From: Nitrososphaeria archaeon
Lineage (GTDB): Archaea > Thermoproteota > Nitrososphaeria > JACIWG01
Direction of reading: 5' to 3'
Assembly: GCA_963752255.1 (NCBI GenBank)
Contig: CAVVXT010000006.1
Location: forward strand, 1-62,904
Length of the DNA: 62,904 nt
The translations under genes and the position numbers were made by a program. The notes under the pieces are model-generated. The model was not told the origin of the DNA. It ran no database searches and saw only the letters and a program-made list of their open reading frames with translations. Below are positions 30,399-41,689 of this stretch, in pieces. How positions within the stretch are numbered: the stretch's first letter is position 1; every line of letters begins with the position of its first letter.

Positions 30399-30872
30399 CT
30401 ATGGAGGCAGTTCTTTTCCACAGTAGGCGCAATATTTTGTGTTAGGGGCTACTACAGCTCTGCCGCAGTTGACGCAGAATCTCTGTGGTAAAGGTTGGAC
30501 CGCCATCGGCGGTGTCATCGATTCACCTAGGTTTGCGTAGGCGAGAAGGAAGAAGATGCCGCCGATTATGGCGCCGAAGAATAGACCTATTATTCCAAGT
30601 ATTAGGCTGTAAGTGCGCGCTTGAGCATATTTTCCCATCTCAATATTTCTTACCGTCATCCATGCAAAAATCGTCAGTACTATTCCTGGGATGAACAGCA
30701 GCAAGAAGACTATAGCTATTAGGATGAAGGGGAAGGCGGAACCTATATTAGCTACGTAGATAAACGGGGTAATGACGAATAAGCCTATGAAACCAGCTGC
30801 GGTAGCTAGCAGGTAAAATATGAACCCGATGAAAGCATAAGTTCTGGCACTTCCTAATATTTGATTGTTCAA
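30399..30872 (-). CDS. Membrane protein with a C-terminal zinc ribbon
   Basis: TM helices followed by FCVNCG...YCAYCGKEL. Confidence 0.8.
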   Translation of the reverse strand: MNNQILGSARTYAFIGFIFYLLATAAGFIGLFVITPFIYVANIGSAFPFILIAIVFLLLFIPGIVLTIFAWMTVRNIEMGKYAQARTYSLILGIIGLFFGAIIGGIFFLLAYANLGESMTPPMAVQPLPQRFCVNCGRAVVAPNTKYCAYCGKELPP

Positions 30873-31264
30873 TTAAACCATATTAAGTATGGGTAGAAAG
30901 CTATTAAGCTTCCTGGTTCTGTTAACATAACTAACATTCACAAAACTCAGATATATTGTTATTAATATCGAGCTTTTAGATATTTAATAAATTATTAAAA
31001 GAAATGTTTTAAAAATAATAATTATCCATCTTATTAATAAATGCATTTAGCTTAGTTCTAAATCTTTTTTATTGTTTTGACAATTTCCAAGATTAGTAGC
31101 ATGATAACATGTATTATTTTTGGCATGCTCCCGAAAAAAGGGAGTTAGATTAGTTTTTAATTGGAAACCTTTAGTCTCTGTTCGTGTCGCATCTTTAGAA
31201 GGGTGTAAAAATGGAGGCAGAAAGAAGTACTTTTTTCTATCCTTTATCTTCGATTACATTTATA

Positions 31265-31745
31265 CTACGGGACCGGACCTTTCGAATACGCTATTGTGGC
31301 GTTAACGGCGTCTACCCAGAAGTTGTAATATACACCTGCCTCTGGAAAGTTGCCTGGTGCAACTGTTTTTACATCTGCGTTAATGTCTATGAACCAATAG
31401 TACCCCAGCAGTTTTACTGTGGGGTCAGGAATCTGTAGAGATTCGCTCGCTTCCAAACTCAATATCTTAGTCCTATTGGGGTCGACCGTGTATATGTTGA
31501 ACCATCCATTTTCTTCTTTCAGGAATCTAAGTTGTGTATAAACTAAATAGGACGCTATTACGGTAGCGTTCCATCCCTGGAACTTCATCACCGCGTTTAA
31601 CGCCTCATCAAATGAGATTAAGTTTGACACATTCAGCACTGAAATTACGGTTGTCGTAGTATTGGTTCCAGAAGTAATAGTAGAAGTAGTTATTCCTGTT
31701 TTAGTTGTTATCGGAGTGGAATATATAGTAGTTGTTGATAGCGAT
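31265..31745 (-). pseudogene. 5'-truncated secreted protein (Thr-rich linker plus PepSY-like domain)
   Basis: TTTIYSTPITTKTGITTST linker, ISFDEAL...WVDAVNATI; the track's N-terminal extension is antisense to the fragment below. Confidence 0.5.
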
Positions 31746-31751
31746 TTAATC

Positions 31752-31988
31752 CAAATAACGATCTTTGGCTCTGGAGAAGATGTTAAGAAGCTGAGAGAGG
31801 AAATAAGCGAGAAAAACAAAGAACTACAAACCCTAGTTAATTCTCTAGCTACTGAAAATATTAGCTTAAGAAATGAGAATATCAGCATAAAGAACCGCTT
31901 AAATGAAATTGAAAAGGATATTTCTAAGGTTTCAGAAATAGAGAAGATAGTTAAAGAACTTCAACAGAAAAGGCTAGGGATAAACTAA
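31752..31988 (+). pseudogene. Coiled-coil C-terminal gene remnant resembling the tails of archaeal tyrosine integrases
   Basis: TIFGSGEDVKKLREEISEKNKELQTLVNSLATEN; no catalytic residues remain, and the family call is from memory. Confidence 0.4.
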
Positions 31989-32047
31989 CTCAAAAAATAT
32001 CCTATGTTTTATAATATATAAAAAAATGTTGTGAAGGTGTGTCTTGA

Positions 32048-32314
32048 TTATTCGATGAGTTTTCTGGCTTCTTCTGCGGGTACTGCGACGAGTGTCTCAG
32101 TTGCGATATATTCTCCTCTTCTCATCGCGACTTTCATAGCTGTTTTTTCATCAGGCGCTTCAATTATTGCGACTAGGTCGTATCTGCCTAGTGTATAATA
32201 AAATCCAAGATACTTTACTCCTTCTTTCTTGTCTTTTTCTAAGAGCTTCGAGCTTTCAGCTAAACATTCCTTTGTTAGCTTCTGCCTGTTCTTCATTAAA
32301 CTGATAAATATCAT
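32048..32314 (-). CDS. GYD domain protein
   Basis: YYTLGRYDLVAIIEAPD...TETLVA. Confidence 0.9.
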   Translation of the reverse strand: MIFISLMKNRQKLTKECLAESSKLLEKDKKEGVKYLGFYYTLGRYDLVAIIEAPDEKTAMKVAMRRGEYIATETLVAVPAEEARKLIE

Positions 32315-32416
32315 TTTATCACTTATGTATTAGAAAGAACCTTCTTCCTTATAAGAGTATTTAATCTTCACAACTAGCCACTATCTTATTTTTATTTTAA
32401 TGACCAATTTTGATTT

Positions 32417-32611
32417 TTATATAAGATTTAACTCCTTAGCACATGGGAGACAGTGATATTTTCTTGGAGCACCTTTTGAGATGATTGTCTCACCTATGTT
32501 GAAATCTCTTTTACATTTGTAGCATTTTAGACCATATTCCTTTGCATAGTGACGATGCGAAAGCTTCGACATTATTGTCGCCGTTAATTTGATCTTGATA
32601 GTTCCTGTCAT
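32417..32611 (-). CDS. Small zinc-finger protein
   Basis: CYKCKRDFNIGETI...YHCLPCAKEL. Confidence 0.6.
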   Translation of the reverse strand: MTGTIKIKLTATIMSKLSHRHYAKEYGLKCYKCKRDFNIGETIISKGAPRKYHCLPCAKELNLI

Positions 32612-32974
32612 TTAGCTCAGAGATTTCGTGAAGAATGCTTTATCGCTGTACTTATACTTATAATTATTTTATCGCCAACTCTGGCGGTGTTGTCCAATGA
32701 TCGAAGGTGCTAGGGTCTATTTCAAAAGACATTATCTTACTTTTATCAAGGATATGAAGAGAGAATAGTTCCCCCATTTATTATGGTTGGAAATTGTATA
32801 ATACGTTGAAAATTTCAGCCAAGTTCCGTTTGGAGGATTTATCGAAGGACTTCAGTTTTGGCGCATGAGCATAATATGCGATCAGCTATGACGATTTTAA
32901 GACTCTCAGTTGTACCATAGAAGTTCAGCTAATTCTTTTAAGGAAGAACAAAGTTGGCATGCTTGTTGAACGAT

Positions 32975-33970
32975 ATGAAGTATGTCAGATTAGGCTGGTC
33001 AGGATTGAAAGTGTCACCGATCGCGATTGGATGCTGGCATTTTGGAAACGCTGAGCCATGGATGGTCGAAAAAGAGGACGCAAGGAAGGTTGTACGTAAG
33101 GCGCTCGACCTGGGGGTAAACTTCTTCGATACCGCGAACGTCTACTCCTTAGGTAGGTCTGAGGAGATCACAGGAGAGCTTCTCAAAGACGTCCGAGAGG
33201 ATGTAATAATTGCTACAAAGGTCTTCAACCCGATGGGGGAGAAGCCGAACCAGAGGGGTCTTTCAAGGAAGCACATAATGGGACAGGTGAAGGGTTCTCT
33301 GAAAAGGCTTCAAACGGATTACATCGACCTCTACCAGACGCATAGGTGGGACTATGAAACATCAATTGATGAAACTCTTTCAACCCTGAACGATCTTGTT
33401 AGAAGTGGTTTAGTCCGATATATTGGGGGTTCTAGTATGTGGGCTTGGCAGTTTTCTAAGGCTTTGTATGCGAGTGAAATCAAGGGTTATGAGAAATTTA
33501 CAAGCATGCAGGACAAGTGGAATCTGCTGTACAGGGAAGAGGAAAGGGAGATGATACCGCTGTGCAAGGACCAGAAGATAGGAATAATACCTTACAATCC
33601 CACCGCAGTCGGCCTGCTGTCAGGACGCTATATGAAAGGTGGAAGAATTGAGATCGGTAGGAACGATATGACGAGGCTTCAACCGGACTCTAAACTTGCC
33701 GGTTTAGTCTATAAACCTTACGTCGAACCTCCTGAAAACTCTGAAATCGTCAGAAGGGTTGCGGAAGTAGCGCAGGACAGGGGGGTGAAGCCGGTTCAGA
33801 TCGCGTTGGCATGGCTGTTCCAGAAGGGGGCCACAGCGCCTATCATAGGGACTTCGAAGCCCGAGCACGTGCAGGAAGCGGTCGAATCGATGGATATCAG
33901 CCTCTCCGACAAAGACATCGCCTACATGGAAGAATCATACGTGCCAAAACCGATCGTAGGGCATGCATGA
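32975..33970 (+). CDS. Aldo/keto reductase, copy 2
   Basis: Close paralog of 21529-22524. Confidence 0.95.
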   Translation: MKYVRLGWSGLKVSPIAIGCWHFGNAEPWMVEKEDARKVVRKALDLGVNFFDTANVYSLGRSEEITGELLKDVREDVIIATKVFNPMGEKPNQRGLSRKHIMGQVKGSLKRLQTDYIDLYQTHRWDYETSIDETLSTLNDLVRSGLVRYIGGSSMWAWQFSKALYASEIKGYEKFTSMQDKWNLLYREEEREMIPLCKDQKIGIIPYNPTAVGLLSGRYMKGGRIEIGRNDMTRLQPDSKLAGLVYKPYVEPPENSEIVRRVAEVAQDRGVKPVQIALAWLFQKGATAPIIGTSKPEHVQEAVESMDISLSDKDIAYMEESYVPKPIVGHA

Positions 33971-34093
33971 TCAATCGTAGTTCTCAAGACACAACAAGGT
34001 CTATTATAGTGCTAAGCCAATACGATGAATAGTTTAGAGTGTAGATCAACGATTTGTTTTTACTAAACTTATTTTTGCATAGAAAGCAATTTA

Positions 34094-34792
34094 TCAAAGT
34101 GATATGTGATGCCATCCATATTCTTCATAAATCTTTTTGCCTTTTTCGGATACTAGAAAGTCAATGAATTTTGTGGCTAATTCTTTGTTCTTGGAGAAGG
34201 TTATTACACCTATCGCTGTGCTTCTTTGCACTTGAAGGTCTTTCGGTAACTCTATAATATCCATGGTTTGCATGTTCAAGTTCTTGAAGGCATCCCATCC
34301 TAAGATTGCATCCGCTTTCTTCTCGTTGATAAAAGACATTAGTTCCCCGCATCCATCGGCCAAAGCAACGGTATTCTTTCTAATTTGCTCGACGAATCCC
34401 GCTTTAGTTGCTAAATCATCCCAGACCCCAGTCAAACAGCCACCTACAGAAACACCAACACGTATTCCATCTTTTGCTAAATCAGATATTGACCTTATCT
34501 TTTTCGGATTTCCTGTTTGCACAAGAATAGCAGACGTTCTTGAGCCAAGGCTTCTTCTTGTTTCTTTAAGAACTAAACCCTTCAGCTGTGCATCATCAAG
34601 TATGTATTCTGAACCGCAGGTTAACAAGTCGCCCTCTTTAGTTTCTGTGATTTCTTCTATGAGGTCTTCACCTTTTCCGACAGTAAACTTAAATTCTGTT
34701 CCAGATTTCGCTTTGAACTCTGCAGCACACTTCTTTATGGGGAGTGCTACTGCACCAGCTGAAAAAACATGGAGACTGTTTTGTTTCGACAT
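34094..34792 (-). CDS. ModA-like molybdate/tungstate-binding protein lacking a signal peptide
   Basis: LHVFSAGA, VQTGNPKKIRSISDLAKDGIRV, FIDFLVSEKGKKIYEEYG. Confidence 0.75.
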   Translation of the reverse strand: MSKQNSLHVFSAGAVALPIKKCAAEFKAKSGTEFKFTVGKGEDLIEEITETKEGDLLTCGSEYILDDAQLKGLVLKETRRSLGSRTSAILVQTGNPKKIRSISDLAKDGIRVGVSVGGCLTGVWDDLATKAGFVEQIRKNTVALADGCGELMSFINEKKADAILGWDAFKNLNMQTMDIIELPKDLQVQRSTAIGVITFSKNKELATKFIDFLVSEKGKKIYEEYGWHHISL

Positions 34793-35097
34793 ATTCTTTC
34801 TCTTATCTTGTATGAATGTTAAGCAGACTTAAAGGTTTTAATCTATTATCTAAGTTTGCAAGAAGACCCCAACATTGTTAGATCACATTGGCATGTATTT
34901 GGTGTCAAGAAGCTCGTCTATCATTTCCTTTTTCAACCCGAAACCATCTACAAGGCTTCTCAAAAACTTCTTTTTCAGGAAGCTTTACGATCTTCATTTG
35001 TCCCAGAGGTATCTATGAAGTTTCAGCAACTTTAACAAGAGTCGATTTTCCACCTCAACTCTTTATCCTTTTTCTCTCCTTACTCATCTATCGAATG

Positions 35098-35730
35098 CTA
35101 ATTGCTTATTGCTGGTGTTTGCCGCAAGTATTCTGTGTGCTCTACCTGCTTGAGCATGAAATCAGCGACGTCTGCGCGGGAAATCCATGTTCCTACTTCG
35201 CCATTACCCACGTAGCCCGCCTTGACCTTTCCAGATTTGGGATTATTGTTAAGCATTGTCAAGCGCACGATCGTCCAGTCAAGATCGGAGTTGCGTACCG
35301 TTTCCGCCGCACCAACTATGTCTTCGTATGCGCCGTGCATCGTGAACTTAACAAGGTTAACTAGAGCCTTGGCCTTGAAGTTCAGCGGGTCGTTTGGATC
35401 CTTAGCGCTAAGTGTTGACGTAATGATTAGCCTGCGTACGCCCTGTTTCCTCATGGCGGCGATGATGTTTTGCATGCCCTGTGTGATCGGTTTATTTTTT
35501 GAACCGCCCCGTGGACCCAGAGCGCTAATTACGGCGTCTGCCCCGCTCACTGCACTCTCAATCAACGGTTCATCGGCCAATTCGCCTTGGATGACCTTTA
35601 AGTGTTCATGGTTAATGTTGAGCTTGGATGGATTGCGAATATATGCCACAACTTCGTGTCCTGCTGCAAGAGCTTGTTGGACAAGTTGTCTGCCAGTTTC
35701 ACCTGTTGCCCCAAAAATAGTAATTTTCAT
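35098..35730 (-). CDS. NAD(P)-dependent oxidoreductase (flavin reductase/BVR-B-like SDR)
   Basis: IFGATGETG, DWTIVR, ISRADVADF. Confidence 0.9.
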   Translation of the reverse strand: MKITIFGATGETGRQLVQQALAAGHEVVAYIRNPSKLNINHEHLKVIQGELADEPLIESAVSGADAVISALGPRGGSKNKPITQGMQNIIAAMRKQGVRRLIITSTLSAKDPNDPLNFKAKALVNLVKFTMHGAYEDIVGAAETVRNSDLDWTIVRLTMLNNNPKSGKVKAGYVGNGEVGTWISRADVADFMLKQVEHTEYLRQTPAISN

Positions 35731-35975
35731 GGTATCGCCTAAACCTTAAACGTTAACAGATACGCTGCTACCCTCTACCTCTACGGGATAGGTGGGCTGA
35801 TTGAGATACACTTCTACCCATTCTTTTCTCTGGGGATGATGGAATAGAGGTGTTCTCAACTTCCCTGCGGGAGATTTCAAGTGGGAGTATAACATGTGCT
35901 TCTTGCGAAGGCTTATCCATGAGACTTTCCACAATCCAATAGCATCGAGGCTATTATATAATAATTCTTCATGTA

Positions 35976-36018
35976 TTCATCCCACGACTAAAGTTGTGGG
36001 CTTTCTGTGCAACGCATC
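35976..36018 (-). mobile_element. Orphan IS200/IS605 left end
   Basis: TTAC|gatgcgttgcacagAAAG-cccacaac-ttta-gtcgtggg-atgaat; no transposase follows. Confidence 0.75.
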
Positions 36019-36279
36019 GTAACTAAATAGCCTTGCACTTATCGTACTGCAACCGTCTCCACATTTAGTCGGGTACGCAACTACTGCTTTCTCATTTTGG
36101 AATGTAAAAACATCGTCAGGGTAGAATTCAACGTAGCGTGGTTTTCAAGTTTTAGCGTAGCCATCGTATTTATCAGAGAAAATTATGGGAAATCAAGGGG
36201 CCGTCTAAGTTAGCTAAGAGCATTCACCTTTGAATTTTGCAAATTTTTTGATGCAATAAGTGACTGTAAGATTTGAAGA

Positions 36280-38668
36280 TTACCCTCTAGTCTTAAATTT
36301 GCGTATTAAATATACCTTGATTGGATCGTTGATTAGGAAGGTCACTAACAGCGTATAACCGAGGATTGCAAGCACAGGCATATAGCCAAGTGGAGCAAGC
36401 TCTAAGACACCTAAGATGGAGATAGCAATCACCAACAAGACTTCCGTTAAAACTGTAATACTCAATATCTTACTAGGCCGAGACTTCCAGAAATGATTCC
36501 GCTCACGAACAATCATAAGAGTGAATACACCTTCAAGATTCAGATAAGCAAACCCGAAAGTATAGATCTTATCCACGTTCCCGATCAGCCCAAAATACGA
36601 TAAACCAGCCACAGCAAAGATCACGCTTTCAATCGTCATCAGTATGCTCAGTGATCCGCTGACTCCGAACAGCCGTGAGACATCGAAGGTATCAGGCTTC
36701 AGAGAAGATCGCACGTTGTCTGTAGATATAGACATCGAGACAAAGTCGCCTAGGAAAATCAGCAGCACCGATCCCGTTATTGATAACATAAATGAGTGAG
36801 TAAGAAACAGCATCACAACTATGAACCCGACGTTAAACAACTTTCGGGCAACCATCATCAACGCCCAACTATAGATTCTCTGGTAAATCGTCCTGGACGT
36901 CTTGATCATAGCTATTATTCCGCCAAGCCCCTCAACAGTGAGCACGGCACTTGCAGAATCTTTAGCGATGTCTGTCGCATTTTTCACCGCGATTCCCACT
37001 TCCGCCTGTCCCAAAGCTGGGGCGTCGTTTACGCCGTCTCCGGTCATTCCGACCACATGTCCTATGTGTTGAAGGGTCTTGACTATAGTGAACTTGTCTT
37101 CAGGATAAATCTGGGCGATGCCGTTACTGTCTTCGATTGTTGAGTCAAGAGGTTTCACTTTGGTTTCAGCTTCCTGAATCTTTGACATCGTGGTTATTTT
37201 ATCACCTAATCCTACCTGCTGGGCGATGTTTTTAGCAATCGGAAGCGAATCACCCGTAAGCATCTTCACATCTATACCTAATTCACGAATCTGGTCTAGT
37301 ATCCCACGCGAATCTTCCCTTATCCTGTCGGCTATTCCTGCAAGACCAACAAACTGCAGTCTGCTCCGATCAGTCTCCCTTGGCAACGGCGATTACTCTT
37401 AGCCCTTCCGCAGAGAGTGCTTCGGCAAGCTTGAGCAGAGTTTTTGTGCTCTCTTCCGAAACGTTGCAGGCAGAACATATTGTGTCGAATGAGCCTTTTC
37501 CCACAAAGAATTTTTCACCAGCTTTATCAATTGTGGCTTCTGTCATTCTAGTTTTTGGGTCAAAGGGCACGAATTCCATCTGCGAGTAAGCGTCCAATGG
37601 GATGTGCGCTTCTGCTGCGGCTGTTAGGAACGCTATGTCGATTGGATCTTGGTTGGCTTCTTTTGATGCAAGTGCTCCGTAGAGTAAAACATCACTTTCG
37701 CTGAATCCGTTAAGGGGTACTTCTTCTTCGACGAAGAGTTTGTTCATTGTAATTGTGCCTGTTTTGTCCGCGCACAATACATCCATGGTAGCTGCATCTT
37801 CGCTCGCGCTGAGTCTTGTAACTAAGACTCCTTGTTTCGCAAGCACTGCTGAGCCAAGTGCCATGTTTACGGTGAACATTGTTGGCATTGCAACTGGCAC
37901 AGAGGCTACGAGCAACACACCGGCAAGTGGTAACAGTACGGCAAGCTCGAATCCTGTCAATAGAGCGTATACAAAGACGATTAGGAGAGATGCGAGGACT
38001 ATCATGGCGAGTCGGCGGGTAACTTTAACTGTGACCTCTTCCATGTGGAGTTTGGGTTTTGCGAGTTCAAGTAGGGAAATGGTTCTTCCAAAGTAGGTTT
38101 TTGTTCCTATGGCGTCGACTATTCCTGTAGCTTCGCCGCGCTTGACGGCTGATCCTGAATAGGCTATTTCTCCCGTGGACTTTTCCACGATTCCAGACTC
38201 ACCAGTGAGCACTGATTGGTCCAAACCTAGGGAACCGTCGACTATCTTTATGTCCGCTGGCAGAAGGTCGCCGATTCTGACTCTGACGAGGTCTCCTGGG
38301 ACAAGCTCTCTGGCTGGGATGATTGACCATTTTCCATCCCTTTTTGTTCTGCTTTGAATTCTTAGTCTTTGTTTTAGGGTGGCCATTGCTGCTCTTGCTC
38401 TTTTCTCTCTCCACAGTGACATTCCCGCGTTGAATAGGAGGAGGGCCACAATGACGAGTGATTGCACATACTTGCCCAGTAGCAGGGTGACGATAGCGGT
38501 GGCTTCAAGCATCCAGGGCACGATGCCCCAGAAACGTTTTCCCAGCCTTACGAGGAAGCTTACTTTCTTCTCAGGGACCTCATTGTACCCATGTATGGTA
38601 AGTCTCTTTTGTACTTCTTGGGTTTCTAACCCATTTTCTAAGTCTGTTTCTTGTAAATCCCTTTCCAT
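36280..38668 (-). pseudogene. P-type IIIA plasma-membrane H+-ATPase with a frameshift near 37372
   Basis: LTGES, PVAMP, CADKTGT, DPID, PFDP, MLTGD, GMTGDGVNDAPAL. Confidence 0.9.
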
Positions 38669-39020
38669 GTCAGAACTATTCAAAAAATTCACCTTTACCA
38701 CACACAAGGTCTTTAAAGAAATTTGCCTAGTAAATCACTCTTGCTGCATGACACAGCAATAGGTGCTATTTTGTGTTCTTTTCTATTCGCCATTTTCATC
38801 ACAATTTTTGAACGTTCTTCACATTAACAGTTCAATTATAATATTTGAATATTGCTATTGAAAATTAAGAATTTTAATAAAAATTAAAGGGTTTACCAGA
38901 TTTATGACTCTGGGCTAATGTCGGGTTTTAAAGATGATGATCATATTCAAATTTAGGAGTCACTCTGATTGTCAGTAATCCTATGGCCTAGGAATGGAAA
39001 ATACGCAAATCAGATATTGA

Positions 39021-39983
39021 TTACCCTTGTGTTAAGTAATAGTACATGAGTTTCCCAAGTTCCACTTTGGTATTATGCCTTCCTATGAAGTCTTTACAGT
39101 TCGGGTTCAAACATTCAATGTAAATGCATTTGTTTCTTAATAATTGTGATATTCCTTCCACGTTAAACTCTACATCTTGTTGTGACATGCACTTGTCGCA
39201 AGGGATGGTCCAAGGGCCTTCCAAGAGTTTCAGAGAATTTGTAATAATCTTGCTTTCCAGTTTCCTGCTTATTGGCTCCACATGTGTCCTGATCCAGTTA
39301 GGCCATTCAACATTCTTTAGTTGGTTGAGCTTTGTCAAAGCTTTTTTATCAGATACTTCTTCGACCCTTCTGATAAACTCTTGGTTTATTCTTGAACTAA
39401 CTTCGTTTGAAATCATATTGATAACTGCCTCAGGCACACCTTTTTCTGCAAGTTCTTTTATCCAAAGACCATCATTCAAACTACGTTCTAGTAGATTGCA
39501 AGCAGCATTCAATACTTCTGCTGGTTTCTTGTGTTGTTCCCATCCCGCCTTCATAAAGTTGAAGTGTTCTTCAGCTACCTTCTGAATTTCTTCATTCTTC
39601 ACCTTTACGAAAGCTTCCTCAGTCTCTTTTAGTGATTTTCCCTCAGTCGTAACTTTGAGATTTTCGAGTTCTGCAATCCTGGCGTTAAGGTTTGATGCCT
39701 CTTTGCTTCCCTTATTCAGTTCATTGGTCAAGCCCCCTATCGCTTTTACTATCCGGTCGTTTTCTGTTCTAAGATTCACTACTTCTTCATATAAGCTATC
39801 CCGTTCCCTCAAAAGCGTGTTGTTCGTCTCCACTAGTTCATTTCCTTTCAGTTGAAAGGCTTTCTCAATCTCTTCATTCTTTTTCTGCAGCTCATCATTT
39901 TCCGCTTTAACCGTATCATAGTACTTTATAGCCTGAACTTCTTTCAAGTACTCCTCAATGTTCTCTAAGCTCAATTTCTCCAC
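39021..39983 (-). CDS. Coiled-coil protein with a C-terminal Zn-binding motif
   Basis: Heptad-rich N-terminal half; CDKC...CLNPNC...H. Confidence 0.7.
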   Translation of the reverse strand: MEKLSLENIEEYLKEVQAIKYYDTVKAENDELQKKNEEIEKAFQLKGNELVETNNTLLRERDSLYEEVVNLRTENDRIVKAIGGLTNELNKGSKEASNLNARIAELENLKVTTEGKSLKETEEAFVKVKNEEIQKVAEEHFNFMKAGWEQHKKPAEVLNAACNLLERSLNDGLWIKELAEKGVPEAVINMISNEVSSRINQEFIRRVEEVSDKKALTKLNQLKNVEWPNWIRTHVEPISRKLESKIITNSLKLLEGPWTIPCDKCMSQQDVEFNVEGISQLLRNKCIYIECLNPNCKDFIGRHNTKVELGKLMYYYLTQG

Positions 39984-40036
39984 TCTCCTAAGGGAAGCTC
40001 AACCGCAAAATGCTATGATAGAACTCGATCAAGTAA

Positions 40037-41639
40037 TCACCCGTGTGGTGTGGACTTTTTTAGGCCTTTTAATGCCCACTCAAGCAAATCAGTGAGTTCG
40101 ACTGTGACATTCCCAATTGCCCAGTGTTTCGCTCCAACGACATCTAGAAGTTTGAGTGTTGGGTTAACTCCCAAAGCCTTGACATGGTTCACTACGCCAC
40201 CTAATATCAGAACATCATATTCTAACGGTACTTGCCTTGCTTCAGAAGGATACTTTATCAGCAATAGCATGATCCTACCTAACTTAAGATCCTCCTCAAG
40301 CTTTCCCGCTTCAGCCTTCAATTGCCCAAACCTTTCAATATATTTGTCATACTGTGATGATAGAGTGTTTAGGGCTTCCTCGAACTTTTTGTTCATATAA
40401 TCAACATTTTTTATAATTTCATCCTCGATAGGTGTTAGAGCTCCTTCAATTGAGTTCCTTAACGCCGTGATCGTCCCTCTGAGCTCCTGAACCTGCTCTT
40501 CTAGCTCTTTTATGGCTGATCGAAGTTCAATCCTCCTATTTTCTAGAACATTTATTTCAGCTTCTATCTTCCCGATTTCACCGAATTTGCTGACGGCATT
40601 TAAAACGTTTAAAGGCTCACCAAAAATCTTGGCAGTTCCGTAGACGTCATTTATAGCTTGAATACTAAACTTATACTTGTAAAGCAATTCATCGCATACC
40701 CATATGATACTCATAAGGTGAGCATGATCTGCTTCGGCCTTCTTCATCTCAACTTCTAAGTTCTCCTTTTTTCTTTTGATCTCATTTATGTCGATGAAGG
40801 TGCTTATGGCATCAAGAAGGACATTTATTCCCTTGTACTTTTCTAATGATGTTTTTAGCTTGTCGTAGGTAGACTCGTCGAAGCCGAGCGCTTTAATTTT
40901 TTCATAGGCCTTTAAGATGTTTTCTGCAGAAACTTTGCGATTTTCAAGTTCAAGAACCTCGGACCTTAATTTGCTAATCTGTTCTCCAAGCTTCTCTTTA
41001 TCAGAAGACATCTTCTTGAGGTCTTCTCGGATACCGCTAAGCGCTCCAAAGATTTTTAAAGCTTCGAGAACTTCATCGGCGTCCCCCGTATAATTTTGAT
41101 GTTTGAAGAACTTTATCCAGTGATTTAAGTGTTAAACCGATATTGTCGATGTCCGTCTTAAATGCCATGATTTCACCAAGCTGCCGCAATGACAGTCCTG
41201 AATTCTTTAAACTTGATTGCATCTGTACGATTTCCTTGAGGCTCACCTCAAGCCCTGTAGCTTCATCAAGCAGGTTTGAGATATCCATAAAACTAATGCC
41301 TTTCGAATCAAGATCTTTTTTTAATGATATGGATGCTTTGACATCCTCCAATGTTAAACCCTTCTCCGTTAGCTCTCCTATAATTTCCAGAGCATTCCTC
41401 TTAGGATCTGGATCCTTTGTAGCGACCCCTCTGGTGTATAGCTTAATAGTCAGTTCCTTCCATCTGCCACCTACCACGTCGCTTATTTCCCTGTTGTTCC
41501 AATCCAATTCCTTCAGCTTACACATGAGTTCTTTAGCTCTTGCCAAATCTGTATCGGAAAGGCGTTTTATCTGAGCTAGTTTCTTAAGTTCAGCAATAAC
41601 ATCCTCCAATTTTCCTTTATCTTTTCCTTCCAATTGCAT
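40037..41639 (-). pseudogene. Large coiled-coil protein with an N-terminal HTH-like region; +1 frameshift in a G5 run near 41083-41087
   Basis: Removing one G joins ORF 41073-41705 to ORF 40037-41011 via YGDADEVLEALKIFGALSGIREDLKK. Confidence 0.75.
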
Positions 41640-41689
41640 CTTATGAAGGGTTATATGTCGGGGGTTATAATATCCGGAGCGGACAACAT

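Noticed and set aside
31745-31888. N-terminal part of track ORF 31265-31888 and the overlap with ORF 31662-31988
   Set aside because: Each extension is the antisense read-through of the other fragment, so neither track ORF is a real full-length gene.
40037-41639. SMC/Rad50 or Wadjet assignment for the coiled-coil genes
   Set aside because: No Walker A/B, signature or hinge motifs, and no kleisin or nuclease partners are visible.
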